Origin: Terriglobia bacterium
Lineage (GTDB): Bacteria; Acidobacteriota; Terriglobia; 20CM-2-55-15
Assembly (NCBI GenBank): GCA_965198225.1
Contig: CBDAOY010000007.1
Span: 480,001-544,000 of the forward strand
Length of the DNA: 64,000 bases
Direction: 5' to 3'
Shown: positions 28,845 through 39,112 of the stretch, piece by piece
Layout of the letters: each line of letters opens with the position of its first letter
How positions within the stretch are numbered: the first letter of the stretch is position 1
Notes under the pieces: model-generated
Seen by the model: the letters and a program-made list of their open reading frames with translations, nothing else
The model's database searches: none
What the model was told of the DNA's origin: nothing
Position numbers and translations under genes: made by a program

Positions 28845-30226
28845 ATTGATAGTCCCCCCACTGACAGCGTCCACGACCGCTGCAATCACTCTGGTCAGGT
28901 GCCCTCCCGGCGTACCTCGCGGGGTGTAGCCCTGGCGGACGATGACCAGGTCGTGAGAGGGGATGACCGTCGTCCGTTGTCCCATCGCCCCGGAAGCCCA
29001 GTAGGCATCTTCGGGTAACTGGTACTGAGCCACCAGAAAGCGCCGTATCGCCCTTCCGAAGCCGGTGCCGGGGTCGTCACGAAATCCACCCAGCCCTCCG
29101 GCAGGATTCGCTCGCCCAGCCACTCACCGTCCCACAAGTGGAGCAGTCCAAGGCGTGCCCAGTCGCGCGCCGTTCCGTAGTCGTAGCCCGTCAGCAGGAA
29201 GTTACCGTATGGATCCGGCTCGAGAACCATGCTGCGCATGCCGATCTTGTCGAACAGCTCTCGCTGCGGAAACGTGAGGTAATTCTCGCCTCGCGCCTCG
29301 ACCGTGTCTCGGATGATCTTGCCGATCGTCAGCGGGTCACAGTTGAGGTATTGCCAAACCGTGTTGGGGGGGTGTTCGGCCGGCCGGGTGATCGACCATT
29401 CGAAGGCGTCGATCGCCCCGCTGTAGATGTAGAAGTGGTCGCTTTTCTTCTCGAAGAAGTCATCGCCCCGCAGGTACTTGAAGTTCAGGCCGCCGCTCAT
29501 GTGGAGGAGATCCTCAATCCGAATCTGGCTTCTGGGATCGTCCGGATCGCGCCATTCCGCTATCGGGGCCAGATCCGACACTTTGTGGTGACCGTCTCGA
29601 ACGAGCAGGGCGAACAGGGTTGCGGTTATGCTCTTGCCCATCGACCAGCTGACGTTGCGAGTGTCCTTATCGAAGCCCGGGGCGTATCGCTCGGCGATGA
29701 TGTTGCCTTTGTGGACGACCAGGAAGGACCTTGTTTTTCCGCCCTCGGGCTCGAATGCCATGTCGACGGCTGCTTTGAGCGCTTCCCGATCCACCAGCGG
29801 GTCGATTGGATCGTTTGGCAGAACGTCGCCCATCGGCCATCGCTGCGTGGTCGGATCGGGAAGGCTTGAAACCACGTCGACCGGCGTGAAGAAGATTCCA
29901 TCCTCGCCGTCGGGTATGATCGAGCAGCCCTGGTCGCCGTTGTACATCGCTTGTTTGCGAACGCGGCCGTCGTCGAGCCACAGCTCGACCCTCTTGGCTT
30001 CGCGATCGACATGGATCTTGACGCGATCGGTCCCGATGATCGGAGGGAAATCGTCGTTCCTCGCGTACTCGCGGGCGTCGCGACCGACGACGAACTCGGC
30101 TGAGCAGAGCACCTTCGCCCCCACAGCGAGCTCGAGTTCATCAGCGGTCTGGGCGTGCAGGGGGCTCGAGACTGCCACCGCGATCGCGGTCAGACCGACC
30201 AGAATCCGTCGTGTTGGATCGTTCAT
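28842..30226 (-). pseudogene. Serine hydrolase (beta-lactamase-like), frameshift near 29025
   Basis: SWSMGKS, LLHMSGG; C-terminus DAYWASGAMGQRTTVIPSHDLVIVR continues in another frame and matches the paralog at 40905-42338. Confidence 0.8.
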
Positions 30227-30451
30227 GTTTTACCCCGCTGGTTTCTTTCCCAGGAGCGAACGTTTTCAGCCTAGTGCGAGAATTCGGAGACAGCTTACTG
30301 AAGAAGAACAGGGTGGTCAAACCGGACACGGTGGAGGACCCGGCGGACCGGGCGGAATGGGAACACTTTCAGGGGATTTGCGCTTGAGTTATTCTGGGTG
30401 AGCCCTTTGACCCTGCCGCTTTGATAGTGAGGCGAGGGGGGACACCTACCA

Positions 30452-30610
30452 ATGACGACCCTGTTGGTACTCGCTTTCGGTTTCCTGCTGCTGGCGTTTT
30501 TTTACGGTCTGTACAGACTGTGGCGTGTGCACCGGCGGGCGCAGGCGCGCGAGAAGCAGCTGGCGCTACGGATGATGCAGGAGACCTGGTCGCGATCCGA
30601 AGACGAGTGA
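30452..30610 (+). CDS. Small single-TM protein (52 aa)
   Basis: MTTLLVLAFGFLLLAFFYGLYRLWRVHRR...; G-rich RBS; below the ORF-track cutoff. Confidence 0.5.
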   Translation: MTTLLVLAFGFLLLAFFYGLYRLWRVHRRAQAREKQLALRMMQETWSRSEDE

Positions 30611-30650
30611 GCGCGGGGTCAGTCCCCAGACGATGGGCCGATGCAGGTCC

Positions 30651-31391
30651 CTAGACGACAAGCCCGCCGTCGACCCGGAGCACGGATCCGTTGACGTAGC
30701 TGGATTCGTCGGACGCCAGAAACAGGTACGCGTTGGCGACCTCTGCCGCGGTTCCCATCCGGCCGAGAGGCGTTTTCTCGATAACCCCGTGAAGAACGTC
30801 CTCCGGCACGGCTCGCGCCATTTCGGTGTCGATGAAGCCCGGTGCGACGGCGTTCACGGTGATGCCTTTGGGGCCGAGTTCACGCGCCCAGACCTGAGTC
30901 ATACCGATGACGCCGGCCTTGGCCGCGACGTAGTTCGTCTGACCGAAGTTGCCATGGTGTGCGACGACCGAGGCCGCGTTGATGATGCGCCCTGATCCCT
31001 GTTCGATCATCCCGGGGGCAACGGCCTGGGTGCAGTTGAAGACACCCTTGAGGTTGGTGTCGATCACCCGGTCCCACTCCGATTCGGTCATCTTCACCAG
31101 GCGGGCATCGGCCGTGATTCCGGCATTGTTGATGAGGATGTCCACTTTCTGGAATCGGTCCCGAACATCCTGAACCGCATGTTCGACCGCCGTGCGATCC
31201 CGAACGTCGGTCCTGGCAAAGTAGCAGTCGGCTTCGCTTTCACGGATGCCGGATTCGACCCTACGGCCTGCCCCTTCATCCAGATCCCACAGGACGACGC
31301 GTGCCCCCTCGTCGGCGAACCGCCGGGCCGTTGCCGCCCCGATTCCGTTCGCCGCACCGGTGATGACCGCCGCTTTACCCTGGAGTCTCAT
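30651..31391 (-). CDS. fabG: 3-oxoacyl-ACP reductase-like SDR
   Basis: TGAANGIG, NNAGIT, GQTNYVAAKAG, VNAVAPGFI. Confidence 0.8.
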   Translation of the reverse strand: MRLQGKAAVITGAANGIGAATARRFADEGARVVLWDLDEGAGRRVESGIRESEADCYFARTDVRDRTAVEHAVQDVRDRFQKVDILINNAGITADARLVKMTESEWDRVIDTNLKGVFNCTQAVAPGMIEQGSGRIINAASVVAHHGNFGQTNYVAAKAGVIGMTQVWARELGPKGITVNAVAPGFIDTEMARAVPEDVLHGVIEKTPLGRMGTAAEVANAYLFLASDESSYVNGSVLRVDGGLVV

Positions 31392-31418
31392 TCACCTCAG
31401 GAAACTGACTACTAACAA

Positions 31419-33953
31419 CTACTGCCCCCCCGCTTCCGCTCCCCGCTGTACGTAGATCTCGCGCGCCTGCCGGAATTGTGCCAGGACGTGTTCCCGTTCC
31501 CGATCCGAGCGCCATCCCGAATGGTCGACGGCCATCTCGGTGAGTTTGTCGATCCAGCGGACGAAATAATCTGCGGAGACTTTGTTGCGGATCGGCTCGT
31601 CGCCGACGTAGACGTAGACTGGGTTTGTCGTCGCCATCGGCAGTCTCTGTTCGATGGGATGGGAGCGTCCGCTCCCGCCAGCCTGCAGCGTGTACCAACC
31701 GCTTCCGGCGACCGTGATTTCAAGCTCGAACTCGTCGTGCCGCGGGTCGGCTGTCAGTGAGATGCGCTCGATGACCTCTCCATTGCGAACGATTTCGAGT
31801 CGATCGAGTGGGACGATCGAATCGAGGGTCCCGCGCAGGACGATAGTCTCGTCAGCGTGCTCGAGCCGGACCTCATCCCCCGGCATCGCCTGGTTGATAG
31901 TGAACTCCAGAATCGGACCGTTGGTGACGAAGCCCCTGCCTTTGAGCAGTGCCTGCATGTAGTTGTCCCAGCTCAAGTTGCCGACGCCCAGATGGAAGTA
32001 ACCGCGCATCGCGCCGACGAGGTTCGTGCGGTGGAGGTTCGAGATCGAGTCCTCGCCGCCGGTGGCCGGAACCTTGAAACCGTTGTTCAGCGCATGGTGC
32101 CAGGGAATCAACGCCGCTTCGCCGGCCTGAGACCAGAGTTCGTGGTAGCTGATGGCCTCATGGGCGACATCCACCGGAAACGCTTTTGCCCCGCCAAGGT
32201 TGCCATTCAGTGGGTCCTGAGACCCCCCGAACGGGTGAACATATGCGCCGATGGCGCCCTGCTCTTTCGCGAATAGCAGGATGTCGGTATTGGAAGGATA
32301 GAGGCTCTCGATTGCCGTTCCTTCGTACCCTGTCACGAATGGTGAAATCAAGTGCTCGGTCAGGTTGAACAGCGAGATGTGACCGTAGAAAGGCGGCCGG
32401 TACTCCTGACCGGTGTGCATGATTCTGTCCGGAGTCGACAGCGGATGCTCGTCGCTTGCGGCGTCGTAGTGCTGGTAGTCGATAATCCGATTGTCCTTGT
32501 TGGCGATCATGTGGCCGATCATGTCCATGTCTTCGGCCGCCGCCATCAGAAACAGGTTCTCCGCGGTGTTGTGCAGGTTGCCGGCATAGTTCATGTGAAC
32601 GTGGTTGCTGCCCGAGTACCAACCCTTAGCGGTCAAGTTGGTCATTCGATCCAGCCGTAGCGTGATCGAGTGAACCTGACCGGCTTCGACCTCGATGGTC
32701 TCGGTCGCCGGGACGTACTCGAAACCCTTGACGGCTTCGACGGTGTAGGCCCCGGGCGGAACCTCGGTCGTGAATCGACCCGGGGTGTGGAAGAGTTGCT
32801 CGTTGAGCGAGGACAGCCGTTCGTAGGCGTCGCTGGGCGTGTAGGATTTTCCGTCCGACGCCTGCTGGTAAATCCTTGCCGGTGTTTCGCGACCCGATTC
32901 GTCAAGCACACGGACACTGATGGTGCCCATCGGCCTGCTCCAGCGCTTCGACGTGATCCGGACGATCTCGGCCCTTCCCCCCCAGCTCTTCAGCAGCTTC
33001 AACTGCGGAATTCCTCGCTCGTTCGAGATGTAAGCGATCCATTCTCCGTCCGGAGACCAGCGCGGATGGAAGCTGTCGTACTCCCCGAAAGTCATCTTGT
33101 AGGGTTCACCACCGCCGACGGGAAGAACGAACAGGTTGTTGAACTGGTGACCGAGATGTGAGCTGTAGACGATCCGCTTGCCGTCGGGCGATACGTGCGG
33201 GCGGGTACGGTAGAGCGTTTCCTCTTTGTGGATCAGCTCGGCCTGGCCGGTATTCATCACGTCCGGCTCCAGCGGCGCTCTCCAGATACCTCCCGAACCG
33301 AGCGGGATGCTGCGGTTGGAGATGAAAAGCAATTCCGATCCGTCCGGGGACCACGTCGGTGAGATGTGGAGGTCGTTGTTGCCGAAGTAGAGCCGCGATC
33401 GCCCGAACTGATTGTCGGTCGTGACTTCGGTGACGGAGCCCATGTTCCCGTCGACCAACTCCATCAGGCGAATGTTGAAATAACCGTTCGGTGCGGTGGA
33501 GACATACGCCAGCTGAGTGCCGTCGGGAGACCATGCGGGATCGATGTTGACGAATTCGCCCTCGGTCAGCGACCCCGATTCTCCGGTTTCCAGGTTCATG
33601 ATCATCAGGTTGATGCTGCGTCCATCGTCGTCGGCCGTGTAAACAAGCCAGTTTCCGTCCGGTGACCACTCCGGCGACGACAGGTACGCGCTCGAATAGG
33701 CGATTTCGTAAGCGGTCGTTTCACCCGGCCGGATCCGCCAGATCGATCCGTCCATCGCGAACGCGATCCATTCGCCGTCGGGCGACCAGGACGGCCACCA
33801 GGGTGTGCTGCTGCCGGCGGGTGGGAAGTAGAAGTTGTGCATGTAGTTTCCGCCGGTGCGTGCGTTTGGATAAACCTGGGCGGAGACGTTGGCCCCCAGG
33901 CAGAGCAGCGCCAACACGATAGACAGGGCGATGACGGGCTTTTTGTCGGACAT
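31419..33953 (-). CDS. Secreted TolB-like PD40 beta-propeller plus CehA/McbA-type PHP metallohydrolase
   Basis: Repeated WSPDG, GWYSGSNHVH, GQEYR, HP, GGED, FVTNGP. Confidence 0.82.
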   Translation of the reverse strand: MSDKKPVIALSIVLALLCLGANVSAQVYPNARTGGNYMHNFYFPPAGSSTPWWPSWSPDGEWIAFAMDGSIWRIRPGETTAYEIAYSSAYLSSPEWSPDGNWLVYTADDDGRSINLMIMNLETGESGSLTEGEFVNIDPAWSPDGTQLAYVSTAPNGYFNIRLMELVDGNMGSVTEVTTDNQFGRSRLYFGNNDLHISPTWSPDGSELLFISNRSIPLGSGGIWRAPLEPDVMNTGQAELIHKEETLYRTRPHVSPDGKRIVYSSHLGHQFNNLFVLPVGGGEPYKMTFGEYDSFHPRWSPDGEWIAYISNERGIPQLKLLKSWGGRAEIVRITSKRWSRPMGTISVRVLDESGRETPARIYQQASDGKSYTPSDAYERLSSLNEQLFHTPGRFTTEVPPGAYTVEAVKGFEYVPATETIEVEAGQVHSITLRLDRMTNLTAKGWYSGSNHVHMNYAGNLHNTAENLFLMAAAEDMDMIGHMIANKDNRIIDYQHYDAASDEHPLSTPDRIMHTGQEYRPPFYGHISLFNLTEHLISPFVTGYEGTAIESLYPSNTDILLFAKEQGAIGAYVHPFGGSQDPLNGNLGGAKAFPVDVAHEAISYHELWSQAGEAALIPWHHALNNGFKVPATGGEDSISNLHRTNLVGAMRGYFHLGVGNLSWDNYMQALLKGRGFVTNGPILEFTINQAMPGDEVRLEHADETIVLRGTLDSIVPLDRLEIVRNGEVIERISLTADPRHDEFELEITVAGSGWYTLQAGGSGRSHPIEQRLPMATTNPVYVYVGDEPIRNKVSADYFVRWIDKLTEMAVDHSGWRSDREREHVLAQFRQAREIYVQRGAEAGGQ

Positions 33954-34057
33954 CGGACTCACCTCTCCGGTTTTTAAGAAGGCCAAATGCGGCGTGGGGG
34001 TCAGTATATGGGGCCGGCGTACGGGAGTGAAACAAAACCGGGGCGGCGGTTGGAGAC

Positions 34058-34400
34058 GTTAGGACGTAGGCCGTAGGCCGTTGTGGTGTTGCTCAGTGAG
34101 AGTTGGTCGGTGACTGGCGAGGGGTGACGCGTAGGCCGTTGTCCGTAGGACGTTGCGGTGTCGCTTGACGAATGTTGGCCGGTGACTGGCGAGGGATGAC
34201 GCGTAGGCCGTTATCCGTAGGCCGTTGTCGTGTCGCCTAACGAATATTGGTTGGTGATTGGCGAGGGGACCCACTTTCCTACCGGAAGAGAAATTCGTCG
34301 CCAGTCACCCGGCAATCTACACCGAGCGACACCACAACGGCCTACGGCCTACGTCCTAACGTCCCAGCCACGGCCTACGTCCCCACCAACGGCCTACGGC
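34058..34400. repeat. Three ~72-bp degenerate direct repeats plus one inverted copy
   Basis: gtaggccgttg...gtgactggcgaggg three times, then the reverse complement tcgccagtcac...caacggcctacggcctacgtcctaac. Confidence 0.75.
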
Positions 34401-34544
34401 CAACGTTGCTCCCGATCGTCACTTCTTCAAATAATCTGAAACCTTTTCGGCCAAACGCCGTTCTAGATATTTCATGAGCATCGGGGTGTCTGCGCTCTAG
34501 ATACATAGAGCTACAATGCATAAGAGCGGAAGCCATCGGTTCAA

Positions 34545-34895
34545 ATGGAGATTAAACAATTGATTTCAAAAGATCTTGTCGCCGCGTCTGCAACGCCGTT
34601 GATCCTGTCGATCTTGCTCAACGAGGGGGAGAGCTACGGCTACGCGATCATCGCGGCCGTCCGCGACCTGTCTGACGGAGACCTTAGGTGGACCGACGGG
34701 ATGTTGTATCCGGTCCTGCACCGTCTGGAGCGCAATGGTCTGGTTCAATCCGAATGGCGGCTCTCCGATGTCGGCCGGAGACGAAAGTACTACCGGCTGA
34801 CGGGTGAGGGCTACGAGGGTCTGGAACGCGAGCGTGCCCAGTGGCTCCGGGTGCACGCCACCCTGGAAAAGCTCTGGGTGAAGAATCATGTTTGA
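34545..34895 (+). CDS. PadR-family regulator
   Basis: KDLVAASATPLIL, SYGYAII, GMLYPVLHRL, RRRKYY. Confidence 0.9.
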   Translation: MEIKQLISKDLVAASATPLILSILLNEGESYGYAIIAAVRDLSDGDLRWTDGMLYPVLHRLERNGLVQSEWRLSDVGRRRKYYRLTGEGYEGLERERAQWLRVHATLEKLWVKNHV

Positions 34896-37632
34896 CCTGG
34901 AAAGAGCTGTCGCCGACTGGCGCTGGCGGCTCCGTACCCGGATGCAAGTGTCCGGGGAAACGATCGCGGAACTGGAGGATCACCTGCGCACCCAGGTCGA
35001 GACGCTGGGTGCTGGCGGGTTGAGTCAGGAAGAGGCCTTTCAGACGGCTGTTCGCCGGCTCGGCGACGAATCGAGCGTGCGGTCGGAATTCGACAAGGTG
35101 GAGCCCGATGACGGACGGCCCGTGATGGGACCGGATCACAGCGTAGAACGAATCCGTGGGAGGAGAGGTATTTCGATGAGGACTTTCTTTCAAGACATCC
35201 GGTATTCACTACGGTTGCTGCGACAGAGCCCGAGCTTTGCCGTCGTGGCCATCTTGACCCTCGCTCTGGGAATCGGCGCGAACACGGCTGTCTTCAGCGT
35301 CGTCAACGCCGTCCTCGTGCGACCTCTACCCTACGAAGACCCCGAGCAGCTGACCGTCATCTGGACAGACTTCGGCCGGGACCTGCCGCAGAACTGGGTT
35401 TCGGGTCCCGAGCTCGTCGAGATGCAGGAGTTCAATTCGCTGTTCGAAGCCGTGGGCGCTGTGATACCGACAACGGTTGCGTTCACGGGATCGGGCGAAC
35501 CCGAACAGATCCGTGCCGCCGGAGCGACGGGAAACTTCTTCCGCGTGATGAAGGTCAACCCGGCTCAAGGTCGTCTGTTCCGTGACGATGATGACGTTGC
35601 CGGAGCCGCGCCGGTCGCCGTCCTCAGCGATGGCTTCTGGAAGCGCCGGTTTGGAGGAGATCGCTCGATCCTGGGGCAGACCATATCCACCGACGGCGTC
35701 CCTCTGACGGTCGTCGGTATCCTGCCCGCAGACTTCGCCATCCTCCATCCCGGGTCCAACTTCCCCAAGGATATCGATGTCTGGACGCCGATGGCCGGTC
35801 TGCTCCAGGCTTTCTTCGGTACGGGAAACTACGAAGAATTGCCACGCGGTTCCCACTTCATGAACGCCTTTGCGCGGATGAAGCCGGGTGTGACCCTGGC
35901 ACAGGCGCAATCGGACATGAGTGCGGTCGCCCTCCAGATGCAGGAAAAGACCCCTGATTACTACGATTTTGACGGATGGGGAATCACGGTTTTGTCCCTC
36001 CATGGCGACCTCGTCGAGGAAGCCCGTCCGGCCATGCTCGTACTTCTGGGGGCGGTAGCCTTCGTCCTGCTGATCGCGTGCGTCAACGTCGCCAACCTGA
36101 TGTTGGCCCGCGCGGCATCCCGGGAAAGGGAAGGTGCGGTGCGCGCCGCACTGGGTGCCGGCCGCTGGCGAATGATCCGGCAGCTCATGACCGAGAGCGT
36201 GACCCTTTCGGTTGTCGGCGGCGCATTCGGGCTCCTGATGGCTTTCGGGTTGGTTCGCGTGGTTTCTGCGATGGCGCCGGCCAGTCTTCCCAGGGGCGAC
36301 GAAATCGGAATCGACAGCGGCGTGCTTCTCTTCACGCTGGTCGTGTCGATCGGGACCGGCATCCTGTTCGGATTCGCTCCGGCGCTCCACAACTTGAAGG
36401 GTGATCTGGTCGAGTCGTTGAAGGAAGGCGGCAGGGGCGCGACGGGAGTCCGTGGTCGCCGGCTGCACAGCCTGCTGGTGGTCTCGGAAGTTACGCTGGC
36501 GATCGTCCTCCTCGTGGGCGCAGGGTTGATGATCCGCAGCTTCTCGGAACTGATGAATTCCGATCCCGGGTACAACACCGAGAACCTGCTGACGATGCGG
36601 GTGTCGCTTCCCGGCGGCAAGTACGACGGCAACGGGCAGAGGGCGTTCTTCGACAGCCTTCTGGAGCGGACTGCCGCCCTTCCCGGTGTGCTGTCGGCGG
36701 GCGCCATCTCTCATCTGCCGCTGAGTGGCATCGGAGGATCGGGAACGACCCGGGTCGACCGCACCGACCAGTTTCCTGCAGATGAAGCCTACATCGAGGC
36801 CGACCGCCGCTATGTGAGCCCCGACTATTTTCCCACGATGGGTGTGCGGCTCGTGGCGGGCCGGAACTTCACGTCGGCCGACGCCGTCGAAGCGCCTCTG
36901 GTCGCGGTCGTTGATGAAGAGTTCGCCGGCCGTTTCTGGCCCGACGACGACCCGGTCGGAAAACACATCTCGATTCAATTCCGCGAGCCGGTCTGGCGCG
37001 AGGTGGTCGGCGTGGTCGCACACTCCCGACACACCGATCTCGAAACCGTGGGACGGGAGCAGGTCTACATGCCCTACAAACAGGTGCCGCAGTCGGGCAT
37101 GTTCCTGACGTTGAAGACCCAGGGCGACCCATTGTCGCTCGCGTCGGCGGTTCGCACCGAAGTTTGGGCACTGGATGACGATCAGCCGGTCGATGACGTC
37201 GCAACGATGGCCTCACGGGTCGAGGGAGCGCTCGGTCCGACGAGATTCAACCTGATGCTGTTGTCGGTGTTCGCGACCCTCGCTCTGCTGCTCGCCGCTG
37301 TCGGCGTCTACGGCGTCGTGTCCTACTCGGTGACGCAGCGGAATCACGAGATCGGTGTTCGCATGGCGCTGGGCGCAGGTAGGGGGGACGTGCAAGGAAT
37401 GATCCTGCGGCAGAGCCTGACGACGGTGGTGGCCGGTCTGGTCTTCGGCCTTGTCGCCGCGCTCGGTCTGACCCGATTCATCGCGAGTCTGCTCTACAAC
37501 GTGTCGCCCAACGACCCCCCGACGTACGCCTGGGTGGCCCTCGTCCTGACGATCACGGCCGCGCTCGCCTGCTACCTGCCAGCCCTGCGCGCTACGCGGG
37601 TGGACCCGGGCTCAGTGCTGCACCAGGAATAG
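34888..37632 (+). CDS. Duplicated orphan ABC permease (ADOP, MacB/FtsX-like) with permease prefix domain
   Basis: ELEDHL prefix, TLALGIGANTAVFS, LLIACVNVANL, EIGVRMALGA; follows PadR. Confidence 0.92.
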   Translation: MFDLERAVADWRWRLRTRMQVSGETIAELEDHLRTQVETLGAGGLSQEEAFQTAVRRLGDESSVRSEFDKVEPDDGRPVMGPDHSVERIRGRRGISMRTFFQDIRYSLRLLRQSPSFAVVAILTLALGIGANTAVFSVVNAVLVRPLPYEDPEQLTVIWTDFGRDLPQNWVSGPELVEMQEFNSLFEAVGAVIPTTVAFTGSGEPEQIRAAGATGNFFRVMKVNPAQGRLFRDDDDVAGAAPVAVLSDGFWKRRFGGDRSILGQTISTDGVPLTVVGILPADFAILHPGSNFPKDIDVWTPMAGLLQAFFGTGNYEELPRGSHFMNAFARMKPGVTLAQAQSDMSAVALQMQEKTPDYYDFDGWGITVLSLHGDLVEEARPAMLVLLGAVAFVLLIACVNVANLMLARAASREREGAVRAALGAGRWRMIRQLMTESVTLSVVGGAFGLLMAFGLVRVVSAMAPASLPRGDEIGIDSGVLLFTLVVSIGTGILFGFAPALHNLKGDLVESLKEGGRGATGVRGRRLHSLLVVSEVTLAIVLLVGAGLMIRSFSELMNSDPGYNTENLLTMRVSLPGGKYDGNGQRAFFDSLLERTAALPGVLSAGAISHLPLSGIGGSGTTRVDRTDQFPADEAYIEADRRYVSPDYFPTMGVRLVAGRNFTSADAVEAPLVAVVDEEFAGRFWPDDDPVGKHISIQFREPVWREVVGVVAHSRHTDLETVGREQVYMPYKQVPQSGMFLTLKTQGDPLSLASAVRTEVWALDDDQPVDDVATMASRVEGALGPTRFNLMLLSVFATLALLLAAVGVYGVVSYSVTQRNHEIGVRMALGAGRGDVQGMILRQSLTTVVAGLVFGLVAALGLTRFIASLLYNVSPNDPPTYAWVALVLTITAALACYLPALRATRVDPGSVLHQE

Positions 37633-37659
37633 GTCTTTAACTGCCCGTATCAAGTGTTG

Positions 37660-37804
37660 GGTACGGGTTGGGCGTCTGGGCGTTCACAAACATGTCTGCT
37701 CAGTCAACACCCGCGTACCAGATGCTGGGTACGGGTCGGCCTCCGGCGTTCGCAAACATGTCTGCTCAGTCAACACCCGGGGACAGGGCTATACCCCTGT
37801 CCCC
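37660..37804. repeat. Direct repeat plus second hairpin family
   Basis: caaacatgtctgctcagtcaacacccg twice; ggggacagggctatacccctgtcccc, whose exact reverse complement is at 45506-45531. Confidence 0.75.
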
Positions 37805-38014
37805 GACCGTTGTTTAGCGTCGGGCCCACCGTCCCCCTCTCACCTCGAACGAGAGCGTTCGACGACACACGCGCGAAACGGACGGCTTCGAAGAAAGACA
37901 GCTGGTCCGGTCCCCCCACGCCCGGAGCTCTCCCAACCGGCTCGCGACCACCGCAGACAACTGCGGTCGGCTCTTACTCGTCACTCGTCACTCTCTTCGT
38001 TGTAAGCTTCCACC

Positions 38015-39112
38015 ATGTCCGAGCCGGAAATGTACGGGGTTCTAGCTGAGGACGACGGAAGGACACCCGGATACGAACCGCCGCTGAGCGACGAGCAGCA
38101 GCTCGAGCTGTATCGTCTCCTGGTCCAGACGCGCTTGTTCGACGCTCAGGCGATCAGCCTCCATCGCCAGGGACGGATCGGGATCTATGGTTCCTCCGAG
38201 GGCGAGGAGGCCCTGGCCGTTGCCGCCGCGATGACGCTTTCGACCGGGGACTGGTTGTTTCCCGATTACCGGGTGCCCGGCGCCCTCTTCCAGCGTGGTG
38301 TCCGGATGCGGGAGTTTCTGGCCCAGCTCTTTGGAACATCGGAAGACCTCAGCAAGGGGCGTCAGTTGCCCACCCATCACGGTTCCCGCGACCTACGCAT
38401 CGCCTCCATCGCGAGTCCGGTCGGGAACGGCATTCCTCATGCGGTCGGGTTTGCCTGGGCCGCCCGGATCAAGAAAGGTCCCGAGGTTGTCCTCAACTTT
38501 TTCGGTGACGGGGCGACTTCCGAGGAAGGCTTCCACACGGGCATGAACATCGCCGGCGTTCACAGACTTCCGATCGTCTTTGTGTGCCGCAACAACCAGT
38601 ACGCGATTTCGGTTCCCCTCAGCCTGCAGACCGCTTCGGAGACCATTGCGATCAAGGCGCAGGCCTACGGATTTGAGGGAGTGCGGGTTGATGGCAGCGA
38701 TGCGCTCGCGGTTCACAAAGTTGTCGGTGAAGCCGTCGAGCGGGCACGCGGCGGCGGGGGACCCACGCTGATCGAAGGTGTCAGCTACCGTCACGGCGCG
38801 CATTCCACTTCCGATGACGACACGCGTTACCGCGAACGCAAAGAGGCCGAGGCGTGGCGGAAGCGGGACCCGATCGCCCGTTTCGGGCGCTACCTGCAGG
38901 CCCGGAGACTCTGGGATGACGATCAGGAAGCGATGCTGCAGGCCTCGATGCAGGCAGCCGTACATACCGCTGTCGGAGAAGCCGAGGCCGCCCCGGCGCC
39001 CGCGCTCGACACGCTGTTCGAAGATGTCTACGGCGAGAAACCGTGGCATCTGAGAGAACAGCAGCAGGATCTGGAGAACCACCTCCGACGTAAGAAGGGA
39101 AGTGGGGCATGA
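38015..39112 (+). CDS. 2-oxoacid dehydrogenase E1 alpha subunit
   Basis: GDGATSEEGF...NNQYAIS TPP motif, YRHGAHSTSDD. Confidence 0.93.
   Translation: MSEPEMYGVLAEDDGRTPGYEPPLSDEQQLELYRLLVQTRLFDAQAISLHRQGRIGIYGSSEGEEALAVAAAMTLSTGDWLFPDYRVPGALFQRGVRMREFLAQLFGTSEDLSKGRQLPTHHGSRDLRIASIASPVGNGIPHAVGFAWAARIKKGPEVVLNFFGDGATSEEGFHTGMNIAGVHRLPIVFVCRNNQYAISVPLSLQTASETIAIKAQAYGFEGVRVDGSDALAVHKVVGEAVERARGGGGPTLIEGVSYRHGAHSTSDDDTRYRERKEAEAWRKRDPIARFGRYLQARRLWDDDQEAMLQASMQAAVHTAVGEAEAAPAPALDTLFEDVYGEKPWHLREQQQDLENHLRRKKGSGA

Noticed and set aside
27559-28885. Short ORFs in the tandem array as proteins
   Set aside because: Frames differ between units because of indels, and no RBS is evident; they are by-products of the repeat.
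35326-37032. 568-aa antisense ORF and similar long shadow ORFs (2408-3409, 12883-13884, 40467-41537, 42393-43562)
   Set aside because: They lie opposite well-supported genes and have no motifs; expected in high-GC DNA.
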